From a virus, in the IMG/VR virus record IMGVR_UViG_3300014039_000036, positions 1,904 to 65,903 of that record: 64,000 nucleotides of DNA, one strand, 5' to 3'. The number at the start of each line of letters is the position of its first letter. Positions within the stretch are counted from its first letter, which is position 1. The position numbers and the translations under genes are program-made. A model generated the notes under the pieces. The model saw only the letters and a list, made by a program, of their open reading frames with translations, did not search any database and was not told the DNA's origin. This document shows positions 46,765 through 55,973 of the stretch, one piece after another.

Positions 46765-48119
46765 CGGAACGACCCCTTGAGCCTGCTGAACGATACCTGC
46801 TCGCTGACGATGTCCTGCACGTATCTCTTCAACTCGCTGTCGGTATATCCGTTTATCGTGATGTTGTATGTATTGGAACCTTTCATCCTGGACGCGGCGA
46901 AGGCATCCGCCTTGCTCTCCGGGACGATATGCTCCCCTTCCCCGCCCTCTCCGACGATGGCGAGGGTCCCCCCTTCTCTGGACGGCACATAGCCTCCTTC
47001 GGCGAATCCCGCGATGGACATCGCACCGTACGTTCCTCCGGCTCCTATCGCGAATCCTGCTCCCGCTCCGATCAGAGCACCTGCGGGAATGAGCAGATTG
47101 CCCAGGATGCTGGAGCCGCCTATCGTAGCTCCGATCTGAGCCGTCATGAGACCTACATAGAGCGATACGAACTCCTTGAAGTTCTCAAGGATCGTGGTCG
47201 CTACATTGAGGATGGTCGTTATGATCGCCTCTCCGTTCTCTTCCACGAACGTGCCCAACGTCACAAGGAAGTTCCCTATGCTTCCCACGATGCCCTTCTC
47301 GTCCTTCAGAGTCTCCCCTATATCGATGATGTACGAGGAGAAGACCTTGACTCCCTCTTTGATGGCGAACTCCATCATCTCTCCGAGGGACTTGCCCTCG
47401 AACTTGTCCCATATGTCCAGAACGGCGTCCACGAGGTCCAGAGTCGCGGGAAGGATGGTCTCCGCCAGCTTGTTGCCCAGAGGCATGAAGAAGAGCTGTA
47501 CTGCGAGGTTGAACAGGGACTCGATGGACTGCATCAGCGGAGACGACCGCTTCATGTAGCCGTAGATCATCTCCACGAATCCCAGGGATTGCGTAGCAAC
47601 GGACTTCAATCCGGAGGCTCCCATCTGGACCCCCTTCATGATGATGGGGGACCACTTCTCCTCCCATTTGGCATCGGCCCTGTCGTTGATGTCCGAATCC
47701 TTCTGACCGTACAGGTGCCCGGCCTCGTCGATGGCGCCTTTGGGGATGTCTCTGCGTCCGAATATATCGGTATCCGCGTTCACCACGCGCTCCACGTTGC
47801 CGGAAAGGCCCTGGACCTCCTTGGCGATCTCTTCCAGAGTCTTATTCTGGTCCTCGGTGGCGTGCACCGCCTTCTCGGTGGCTTCGACGACCTTGCTGTT
47901 CGCGCCGGCGTCGCCCCCGCTGCCAGGGGTCACCGCCCCGCTCAGATCCGCTCCCGATGCGCCCGACTCCAGGCCTTTCTTGGCGGCCTCCTCGAAGACC
48001 TTCTGCAGCCTCGGTTCCAGGATGGCGACCAGCTTCTCGATCTCCTCGGAGGAGTACCCGGCATCGAAATCCACCCGGGCCGTCAGGTTGATCACGATTC
48101 TGTTGTCGTTCTCGGCCAT
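46764..48119 (-). CDS. Tape-measure-like protein (451 aa)
   Basis: Helical, hydrophobic Gly-rich segment; FAEGGYV...GEGGEGEHIVP motif common at TMP C-termini; follows the chaperone; ends at CGA 46764-46766 overlapping the next ATG. Confidence 0.65.
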
Positions 48120-48333
48120 CGTCGCACCTTCATTCCGAGCATCGCCGCCATGAGCTTCACCTTGCGCTTCCTGATACCGTCGTCCACGGCGAGCATGAGC
48201 TGGATGTCCTCGTCGTTCAGCTTCCCGAACCCGTCGGGGTCTCCTCCGTTCAGGAGATACAGCCCCCTGGCGTAGAGCCATGCGGATTCCCCGGACAGCC
48301 CTCCGTCGGAGGCTATGGAGTTCTGGAAGAGCC

Positions 48334-48729
48334 TTACTCCGAATTCGCGGTCTCCTGACCCTGTGAGTCTGCAAAAGGGCCGTCCTCTCCCTCCACGATG
48401 GCTCCGACGTCCTTCATGATCTCGTCGTACAGGCGATCTGCATTGCCCTTGCGCACGCCGTCGAGGCGGGCCATGAATCCCATGAATCCGTCCACGGTCC
48501 TCTGGAACGGTCCGGACTCCATGAATGCCAGCAGGTTTATGATCTCCTGATCGGCGACTCCAAGGTCCGTGACCGTGGGCGTGTCTCCGTTGCGGGAGAA
48601 CTTGGCCTTGCGCGTGCTCATGTTCCTCGCCGCCACCTTGCGGGCGAAGTCGGGAGCGGACAGCACCAGGGTGCTTCCGGGCATTCCGTAGGCGGTCAGA
48701 TCTATAGTGAAGCTCATCTCATAATCCAT
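48334..48729 (-). CDS. Tail assembly chaperone G (-1 frameshift product GT extends to CGA 48122-48124)
   Basis: Between tail tube and TMP; slippery CCCTTTT at 48373-48379; -1 frame open to CGA-CGA-TG. Confidence 0.7.
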   Translation of the reverse strand: MDYEMSFTIDLTAYGMPGSTLVLSAPDFARKVAARNMSTRKAKFSRNGDTPTVTDLGVADQEIINLLAFMESGPFQRTVDGFMGFMARLDGVRKGNADRLYDEIMKDVGAIVEGEDGPFADSQGQETANSE

Positions 48730-48758
48730 ATCATCACATCGCGTCATAGGAAAGGGTT

Positions 48759-49868
48759 TCAACCGATGACATGAGGTCCCTTGGACCATATCTCATCTCT
48801 GGATGCCACCTTGCAGGCGGGCGTCTCGATGACTAGGACCAGCTTGCGCACGTCGGTGCTGTTGATCTGGTCCTGCAGCTTGGAGCCGTCCCCCTTCTGA
48901 CGGGTGAGGCCCTTGATGACCACATCGGTGAGCCTGAACTCCGCCGTGCGGGTCGCCTTCGCCATCGCGCCGGCCATGTCTACCGTGCAGCCTCCGTCGT
49001 TGTCGTATGTCACGGACTCGGCGTTGTAGGACTTGAGCTTGACCGAGGAGATGGGGCCCAGGTTCTTGTGGTTGGGATAGTCGGCGGTCTTGCTCCTGCC
49101 TCCGCTGTACATCCTCGTCCTGTATCTGGTCGGGTCGTTGGCATAGCACATCGTACCGAACGTGATGGAGGTCTGACTCTCGGCGAAGTTGCTCGCTATC
49201 GGAGTGCAGGTGGTGTATATCGCGGATGCGGAGTTCTCCACTCCCACCGAGAGCGACTCCGTGTTGGCCACGTACTCGTCGTCCGCGAACATGCACTGGA
49301 ACTCCACCAGGTGACCGTTGTACTCGGTGTAGTCCGTGGCTTCGAGATCGCCCAGCACCATATGTTCGTTCGCATAGAGCCCGCTCATGCTGACCTGCAC
49401 CTGCGATGCTCCTGCGGACTTGGAGAACCTGACGGTCTTGACCACGCATCCCGTGAGGATGTACATCTCGTCCTGGAGGTTCTCCTCCCATGTGCCGTCG
49501 GTTATCCTGTTCAGGATCTTCCCGCGGACGCAGAAGCTCGGGACCCTCTTGCTGTTGGACTTGGTGAACTCGAACACTCCGCCGGAGGTGTTCTCTCCGG
49601 TTCCGACTCCTTCGAAGGCGAGCAGGAACGGCTCCAGATAGTCGTAGTCCATGTTGAACGTCCACTCCCAGGAACCCTGCACCTGGCCGTACGCGTATGT
49701 GTCGAGAAACTTGCTTCCCTCGGTGTAGACCTTGGTCACGCTGCGGTTGTGGGTGGAGCTGAAGAACGTTCCCGGAGGAGGGGCCACCCACTTGTCCCCT
49801 TCTGCTTTTCCCGTGTCGAATCCGTCCTTCTCGCGACAGAATACGATGGATTGTCTGACTCCTGACAT
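48759..49868 (-). CDS. Major tail tube protein
   Basis: Beta-rich 369 aa (GSWEWTFNMDY, SVGVENSAS, ITFGTM) upstream of chaperone and TMP. Confidence 0.7.
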   Translation of the reverse strand: MSGVRQSIVFCREKDGFDTGKAEGDKWVAPPPGTFFSSTHNRSVTKVYTEGSKFLDTYAYGQVQGSWEWTFNMDYDYLEPFLLAFEGVGTGENTSGGVFEFTKSNSKRVPSFCVRGKILNRITDGTWEENLQDEMYILTGCVVKTVRFSKSAGASQVQVSMSGLYANEHMVLGDLEATDYTEYNGHLVEFQCMFADDEYVANTESLSVGVENSASAIYTTCTPIASNFAESQTSITFGTMCYANDPTRYRTRMYSGGRSKTADYPNHKNLGPISSVKLKSYNAESVTYDNDGGCTVDMAGAMAKATRTAEFRLTDVVIKGLTRQKGDGSKLQDQINSTDVRKLVLVIETPACKVASRDEIWSKGPHVIG

Positions 49869-49883
49869 GATTATCCCGATTCC

Positions 49884-50381
49884 TTATCGATTCTTAATAC
49901 AGCCGTCCTGCACCATCTCGTTGACGGGAGAACCCATCCCTGCAACGCGCAGAGGCGTGTTGTGCGATGTCATGCGCACATCCAATGTGCACGAGTAGTA
50001 TCCGGACAGGTCGTTGGTAAATCTCTCCGCGGTCATCTCCAGATACGTATATCCGCCCAGCCCGGTCTTCCCCGGCCTGCGGTTCGCCATCAGGATGCGC
50101 TCCACCTCCTGCACGACCTCCAGGAAGTTCTCCCTGAACGTGGCATCGATCTTGATGCCCAGATAGGACGTCCTCTCCAGCTGGTTGTAGTCCACCGATG
50201 CGATGCGGGTGGACCTGTTTATCATATAGACGAATATGAACGCGTAGCGCGACGACGTGACCTGCGAGCGCACATCGTAGGCGATGGACGGCTCCTTGCC
50301 CGGGGGCAGGGACCACTCGCGCTTCAGAAGATCGTACAGGACCTTGGCATCGTCCGTGAACAACGGGGTCTCGGGGATCAT
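49884..50381 (-). CDS. Tail terminator/neck protein
   Basis: Position and size; ends in tandem CGA-TAA (49884-49889). Confidence 0.55.
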   Translation of the reverse strand: MIPETPLFTDDAKVLYDLLKREWSLPPGKEPSIAYDVRSQVTSSRYAFIFVYMINRSTRIASVDYNQLERTSYLGIKIDATFRENFLEVVQEVERILMANRRPGKTGLGGYTYLEMTAERFTNDLSGYYSCTLDVRMTSHNTPLRVAGMGSPVNEMVQDGCIKNR

Positions 50382-50384
50382 GCC

Positions 50385-51173
50385 TCAGCTCCCGCGGAGC
50401 ATAGAGTGCACGCTTCCCGACCGCTGATAGGACGACATGAGCGTGCCTATCTCGGTATCCCATTCGCGCAGAAGGGCCTGCCTCGTGCCCGCGATGTCCC
50501 CTCCGGAGCCTACCTTGACGGCGTATACGTCCATGACGACGATCTTCTTCGCCACCATCAGGCTGGCGAGACGGTTTATCCCGTACGGAACATGGTTCTC
50601 GCCGTTCTCGTCCTTCTCCTGCCCCCAGCGGTACGTGATGCGCACCGCGTTGACATGGGGAGTCAGGATAGGGTTGGCACGGAGGAAAAGCCTGCCGTCC
50701 TCCGGGTCCATCCACCATTTGAACACCCTGAACGATGCCGGAAGGTCCTTGTAGTCGGCCGCATCGGGGGACGATGATGCTATGTCGGTGACGTCCACCC
50801 ACGCGTTCCACAGGGTCCTGAACCAGAGGCGGTCCCCCTTCGTAGGGTCCATCGGCAGGGCGTTCTTGTGCAGCTGGATGTACTCTCCTCCGTTGCGGTA
50901 CATCTCCATGCGCCAGCCGTTCCTGTCTCCCTCGTACGTCTTGATGGAGGTGACATGGTCCTCCACTCTCACCTCCCTCCATGCCTGCCCCAGACGACGG
51001 TCCAGCTCATCCTCCACTCCGAGGATGAGCTTGCACACGTAGCCGTACGAAGGCACCGAGACGTCGGTGAATCTGAACTGCCCGAGCGGATCGTTCGGAT
51101 CCGGGAGACCCAGCACATCGGCCACGTCGTCCGGGGTGCAGTAAGTCGGTTCGGGCGGTTCTTCGATGACCAT
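50385..51173 (-). CDS. Head-tail adaptor protein
   Basis: YCTPDDVA N-terminus; VRITYRWG...VPYGINRLASLMVA, typical adaptor pattern. Confidence 0.7.
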   Translation of the reverse strand: MVIEEPPEPTYCTPDDVADVLGLPDPNDPLGQFRFTDVSVPSYGYVCKLILGVEDELDRRLGQAWREVRVEDHVTSIKTYEGDRNGWRMEMYRNGGEYIQLHKNALPMDPTKGDRLWFRTLWNAWVDVTDIASSSPDAADYKDLPASFRVFKWWMDPEDGRLFLRANPILTPHVNAVRITYRWGQEKDENGENHVPYGINRLASLMVAKKIVVMDVYAVKVGSGGDIAGTRQALLREWDTEIGTLMSSYQRSGSVHSMLRGS

Positions 51174-51318
51174 GACCCTCCATCATGATGCTCGTTAAAA
51201 TAATGATTCATGCTCGAATCGATAAAACATGCAGAAGATGCAAGTTTCATATCGTTATGACGAACGGAATTTCCTATGAAAAAGTGCGGAAAACGGTCGG
51301 ATTTTCCTAGGAAAAAGT

Positions 51319-51339
51319 GCGCAGGGGCGCGAAGCCCCC
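51319..51339 (-). terminator. GC hairpin after VRR-NUC
   Basis: GGGGC-TTCGC-GCCCC on the minus strand, followed after a short spacer by ACTTTTTCC. Confidence 0.55.
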
Positions 51340-51630
51340 TCGGTCCAGGCTCTCCAGGACCTTTCTGACGTCATCGACGCTGCGGACCACCTCGTAGACG
51401 CCGCCGGCGGACATCACGTCCTCCCGGCATTGGGTCTGGAATCCGCTGACCCTGCCCGTAGGGGTCTTGACCTCCAGTCCGACCCATCTGCCGCGGTAGC
51501 AGCAGACGATATCGGGCACCCCGGGGTGTCCGAAGGCCCCTCCCTGGGCACGATAGTACCACAGGTCCGGGGCCAGGGTGCGCAGGTATCTGCAGATGGC
51601 GTCCTTTATCTCGCCTTCGGGCGTCGCCAT
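51340..51630 (-). CDS. VRR-NUC domain nuclease (Holliday-junction resolvase-like)
   Basis: GVPDIVCCYRGRWVGLEVKTPTGRVSGFQ...GGVYEVVRSVDDV; CGA at 51340-51342 directly followed by a terminator hairpin. Confidence 0.88.
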
Positions 51631-52018
51631 CCTGCACCTCTTCGGGAGTCTCCGTCTCGCTCGCCCGTACGAACGACGAGGTATCGGAGTACTCCGATGC
51701 GGGGATGCCGACCTCTCCGTCGTAGTTCCACACGAGGTCGTCCGGGGGACACAGCCCTATGCGCATGCCCACCTGGAGCAGCTCGTCCGCATGGATCGTA
51801 TCCTTGATGCGTGCCGGCACAAGGAACTTCACGGAATTGCCTACCTTCACCAGACGGGTGGTTATCAGGACTGTGCGTCCCGTGGAGACCACGCGGAGAG
51901 CCACGGTGACATCTGTCCTGGGTGCCAGGTCCAGGTCCTTAGGGGTCGTGATGTACATGGCGGTCGGGCCGGAGCGCCTGGCCATGCCCATGAAGAAGTA
52001 GGTGGTGCTGTCGGACAT
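51617..52018 (-). CDS. AbrB-like (swapped-hairpin) regulator candidate
   Basis: RRSGPTAMYITTPK and KVGNSVKFLVPA halves; CGA at 51617-51619 (standard code: 51371). Confidence 0.45.
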
Positions 52019-52064
52019 GATATGCCTCCTGTGTAAAGGGAGGGGCGAACCCCTCCCCTTCGGA

Positions 52065-52535
52065 TCACTCCGAGACCTCCTCTCCGTCGGGGACGTAGTA
52101 CTGGTCGATGTCGCTGTAGGACAGCACCATGGCTTCGGGGGCGGGCTCGAACTTGTAGATGTTCATGTACTGCCTGCCGGTCTTCTTGCTGGTGTTGTGC
52201 TTGACCTCGGCCCTGACGACTCCTCCGATGATGCAGTGCGCAGGGGGGAACCCGGCCTCCATCTCGAACAGGGACTTCCCGAGGGTCACGAGGGAGCCGA
52301 CGGACATGCCGTTCTTCTTGACGGAGCCGTCCTCTCCTGCCTTCAGGAGGTAGTAGTTGGTGAACTCGCTGGCCTTGGAGCCGTCGAGGTCCTCCACCCT
52401 GATGGAGTACTTCCCGGAGTCGTCGTAGGACGCGGAGACGATCTTCACGGTCCTCCATCCGTCGGGGATCTGGTCCCTCTCGATCTCGCTCTCATCCACA
52501 TGGCTGAATTCCCAATCCTCGATATTGTAGGACAT
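52065..52535 (-). CDS. Single-strand DNA-binding-like protein
   Basis: QIPDGWRTVKIVSA, beta-rich OB-like body, acidic tail; next to ERF and YqaJ. Confidence 0.5.
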   Translation of the reverse strand: MSYNIEDWEFSHVDESEIERDQIPDGWRTVKIVSASYDDSGKYSIRVEDLDGSKASEFTNYYLLKAGEDGSVKKNGMSVGSLVTLGKSLFEMEAGFPPAHCIIGGVVRAEVKHNTSKKTGRQYMNIYKFEPAPEAMVLSYSDIDQYYVPDGEEVSE

Positions 52536-52566
52536 TGTTGATACCTCTTTTTGTTGTCTAAACGGT

Positions 52567-53634
52567 TTAGTGCTTCACGGGCTTGACCGTGAAGACCTTG
52601 GTCACCTTATCGGTCCAGTACGGGGTCAGGTCGATCCCGTGGATCTCCATCATGCGCGTGTCCAGCACCCTGGACACCTTGACGGTCATCTTCGCCTGAT
52701 ACCCTCCGTCGGCGGAGGTCAGGGCTTCCTTCTCATGGGCGTCCATCCAGTCCTTGATGCGGACCTTCAGGGCCTCTGCGGCCTTGTAGTCGCCCTCTAT
52801 CTCCGCCTCATGGGCGGCGATGCGCTCCTTCAGCTCGGAGTACTCATCGATGAGGCTCTTGACGGAGCCGTCGTCGTCGGCGATCCCGGACAGGCGCGTG
52901 AACAGCTCCACGTCCCCCTTGTCGGAAGGGTCGAACGGAGGGGTCACGGAGTTCTCGACGAACTCATGGTACCACGCACGGACCTCGTCCAGCTTCTCCC
53001 TGATGGCCTCCCTGTCCATGTCGAGCGTGAACAGAGTGGTGTTCTCCGCCGAAGGGACCCAGTTCTTCGGGTCCTTCAGGGCCTCCGGGTCCATGATGCC
53101 GAGCACCAGATACGCGGTGTCGGAGTCCGCCACGAACTCATTGTACAGCGCGACCTGCCAGAAATAGTGGTCCGGCACGCCGTTCTGCCACATGTCCATG
53201 TTGCTGGAGGTCTTGATCTCCAGCACGTGGTCGTTGCCCTCGGGGTCCACGACGATGCCGTCCACGTGCCCGGCGAAGATCTCGTCCTCGAAGTCGGATG
53301 CCCAGTTCTCATGGCTTCCGACCTTCTCTCCGTAGATCTCCCTGGCGGGGACGAACATGCCCTTATCGGCGTATGCTTCTCCCGCATAGCATATTATGGG
53401 CTCCTCGCAGGTCTGCCCGGCTATTATGGAGGGCTTGGACGACAGGTCCTTGTCCGCCAGCCCGAGCAGCTGGCACGCCACCTGGAACGGAGACGACCAG
53501 GGGGAGCATCCGAGGATGCCTCCCATGGTGGTCCCGGTCACCTTCCTCCTGACGGAGCCGTCGGTGCGTATGCGGTCCCCCTCTACGGTGAATCCCGCCT
53601 TGGGAGGGAGGTAGACGTCTGCCATCGGATTCAC
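52567..53634 (-). CDS. YqaJ-like viral recombinase exonuclease
   Basis: VTGTTMGGILGCSPWSSPF, GQTCEE, AGHVDGIV, LEIKTS, YFWQVALY. Confidence 0.88.
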   Translation of the reverse strand: MNPMADVYLPPKAGFTVEGDRIRTDGSVRRKVTGTTMGGILGCSPWSSPFQVACQLLGLADKDLSSKPSIIAGQTCEEPIICYAGEAYADKGMFVPAREIYGEKVGSHENWASDFEDEIFAGHVDGIVVDPEGNDHVLEIKTSSNMDMWQNGVPDHYFWQVALYNEFVADSDTAYLVLGIMDPEALKDPKNWVPSAENTTLFTLDMDREAIREKLDEVRAWYHEFVENSVTPPFDPSDKGDVELFTRLSGIADDDGSVKSLIDEYSELKERIAAHEAEIEGDYKAAEALKVRIKDWMDAHEKEALTSADGGYQAKMTVKVSRVLDTRMMEIHGIDLTPYWTDKVTKVFTVKPVKH

Positions 53635-54527
53635 TCCCTGTACATGCGGATGAACGACATGGCGTCGTTCTTGGTCTCGATGGCGGAGAGGTGCTTCAGC
53701 ATCATCTCGTACTCATCGTCGTCCATCATCCCGCCGTCGTGGAGGGTCATCTTGCCGGTCAGGGCCTTCTCGATCATGTTGTACTGTGGCTTGGACAGGG
53801 CCGCCACGGCTCCGTTGACCTCGATGCCGTTGATGAACATCCCGGACCCGTTGCTCTTGGGTGCCTCTGCCTTGACGGGAGCCTCCGCCGGAGCCTTCTG
53901 CGGGGCCTCCGCGGACTTCTCCTCCTTCTTCGGCTCAGGGGCCTTCTCCGCCTTGGCAGGAGCCTTCTTGGGCTCGGACGGAGCAGGAGCGGACGGCTTC
54001 TCTCCGAGGGACAGGACCTTGCTCTTCGCTTCCTCCTGCTCCTCCTCGGTCCTGGGCCTGAACTTCTTCTCCTGACCCTCCACGTACAGCTCGTCGATGC
54101 CGTCGGCTATGAGGAACTTGGACAGCATCCACTGCTTGATGGCCATGGTATGGGCCTTGCGCAGGGCCTTGTCCCCGTTGTCCGCGGCCTCGGCGTACAC
54201 GGTGCATGTGTCCGCGCACCCGGTGTCGATATCGATCAGGGAGACATCCGCCCTGATGGTCCAGTGCTGGGGCATCCTCTCCAGAGCGTCCCTCTGGGAG
54301 ACCTCCTTGATCTCCACGCGCAGGTCCAGCCCGTGCATGGCGATGAGAGGGGACACGGTCTTCAGCATCTTGTCGGTGGACAGGAACCTGAAGCCTCCCG
54401 ACCCGATCTGCATGAACTTGTCGTCGGTCCAGTCGCGGGTCATGAGATCCGCCCTGAGGCCGTTTATCTTATGGTACAATGCGGCGATGTCGGTCTTCGG
54501 CACCGCGCATATCTGTTCTTCAGCCAT
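53631..54527 (-). CDS. ERF-family ssDNA-annealing protein
   Basis: LYHKI...FRFLSTDKML...HGLDL...DKALRKAHTMAIKQWMLSKFLI. Confidence 0.75.
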   Translation of the reverse strand: MAEEQICAVPKTDIAALYHKINGLRADLMTRDWTDDKFMQIGSGGFRFLSTDKMLKTVSPLIAMHGLDLRVEIKEVSQRDALERMPQHWTIRADVSLIDIDTGCADTCTVYAEAADNGDKALRKAHTMAIKQWMLSKFLIADGIDELYVEGQEKKFRPRTEEEQEEAKSKVLSLGEKPSAPAPSEPKKAPAKAEKAPEPKKEEKSAEAPQKAPAEAPVKAEAPKSNGSGMFINGIEVNGAVAALSKPQYNMIEKALTGKMTLHDGGMMDDDEYEMMLKHLSAIETKNDAMSFIRMYRE

Positions 54528-54600
54528 TCTCGTTTCTCCTTGTTCTTTTCTTCCGTACCTCATCGGGTACAATCCATTGTATATATTTCTACTATATAAA

Positions 54601-55965
54601 TTATAGGAACAAACCCTGCGAAGCCCAATCCGACATCATCCTGTCGGTGATGTCCTTCCCCGATCTGACGGTCTCCCACGCCTTCGCCTCCACCGTCTTG
54701 GAGGTGCTCAGGAAGTAGTAGACGCATCTGGACTCCTGGCCCTTGCGGTAGGTCCTGGCGAGGGCCTGCGTGAGCAGCAGGGAGGAGAACGTGGGTTCGA
54801 ACAGGATCATGGTATGCGACCGGAACAGGTCTATGCCGACGCCTCCGCTCTGATACTGGCAGATCAGCACGTCCCCTTTCCCGGACTGGAAGTCCTTCCA
54901 CGTCGGGGTCTTGGAGCGGCCGTCGAACACCAGGACCTTCTTCCCGGCGGCCTTCGCCACGCGCTCCGCGCGGTCGATGCTGGCGCGATAGGTGCAGAAC
55001 ACCACCACGGCATCGTCCGTCGCCTCCAGCAGGTCCGTGAGGACCGCGTCCTTGGAGCACGGAAGGTCCATGACGGTGCCGTCCTCCCTCTTCAGGGAGC
55101 CGGAGCATATCTGGAGCATCTTGGGGTACTGTCCCCCCGCGGCCTTTATCTCCACCCCGTACCCGCGGGTGTTGCCCCTCCTCATGTCGTCGTACGGCTT
55201 CTTCGCGCTCAGGATGCACGGCATGACCGATTCGGACCTCCCGGGCATGTCGAAGCAGTCCTCCAGACGCGCCACCACCGCATGGTCCTCCAGGAGCCTC
55301 CTGCACTCCTTCACATGATATGAGGAGGGTTTCCCCCAGTGGTCGTAGGTAGCGACGTAGCGTTCGCAGAACGTCCTCCAATCGGGGTACACGTCGGGAT
55401 CGAGGAACTTCATCTGTCCGTAGAGCTTGGAGAAGTCCTCGGCTCCGCCTCCTCCGGACACGGGGGTGCCCGACAGCAGGATGCGGTGCGATGCCAGCCT
55501 GGACAGCGTCAGGCAGGCCTTGGTCTGCTTGGAATCATGGCTGCCTATGCAGTGGGATTCGTCCACTATGACGGCCCCCCAGCGCTTGTCCACGTCCTCG
55601 CGGAGCAGGGTGGTCTTCTTCACCGACGTCGTGCCGTTGCGGTGCTTCACGGTCCTCTTGTCCACCCTGTAGGTCTTCTGGAAGGACACCACCTTCACGC
55701 GCTCCTTGAGAGCGAGGATGTCGGCGGGGCCCACACCCTCGAAGTTGGCCATGGTGTCGAACGACGCGATCCAGTTGGGGACCAGGGATGCGGGGCACAC
55801 CACCAGCGCGTCCGGGATGCGGCGCAGCCTGAACTGCTGGATCAGCCACATGAGGGCCGTGGCGGTCTTGCCGAGGCCCATGTCGTAGCTCAGGAGGATG
55901 CTCCCGTTGGCGTTGATGGCGTAGATGCCGTCCTTCTGATGCTCTGCGAGCTTCCACTTGCCCAT
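54601..55965 (-). CDS. SNF2-family helicase
   Basis: DMGLGKT, LVVCPASL, IVDESH, LLSGTP, SGGVGIDL, QALARTYRKGQ. Confidence 0.92.
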   Translation of the reverse strand: MGKWKLAEHQKDGIYAINANGSILLSYDMGLGKTATALMWLIQQFRLRRIPDALVVCPASLVPNWIASFDTMANFEGVGPADILALKERVKVVSFQKTYRVDKRTVKHRNGTTSVKKTTLLREDVDKRWGAVIVDESHCIGSHDSKQTKACLTLSRLASHRILLSGTPVSGGGGAEDFSKLYGQMKFLDPDVYPDWRTFCERYVATYDHWGKPSSYHVKECRRLLEDHAVVARLEDCFDMPGRSESVMPCILSAKKPYDDMRRGNTRGYGVEIKAAGGQYPKMLQICSGSLKREDGTVMDLPCSKDAVLTDLLEATDDAVVVFCTYRASIDRAERVAKAAGKKVLVFDGRSKTPTWKDFQSGKGDVLICQYQSGGVGIDLFRSHTMILFEPTFSSLLLTQALARTYRKGQESRCVYYFLSTSKTVEAKAWETVRSGKDITDRMMSDWASQGLFL

Positions 55966-55973
55966 GGTGCTCC

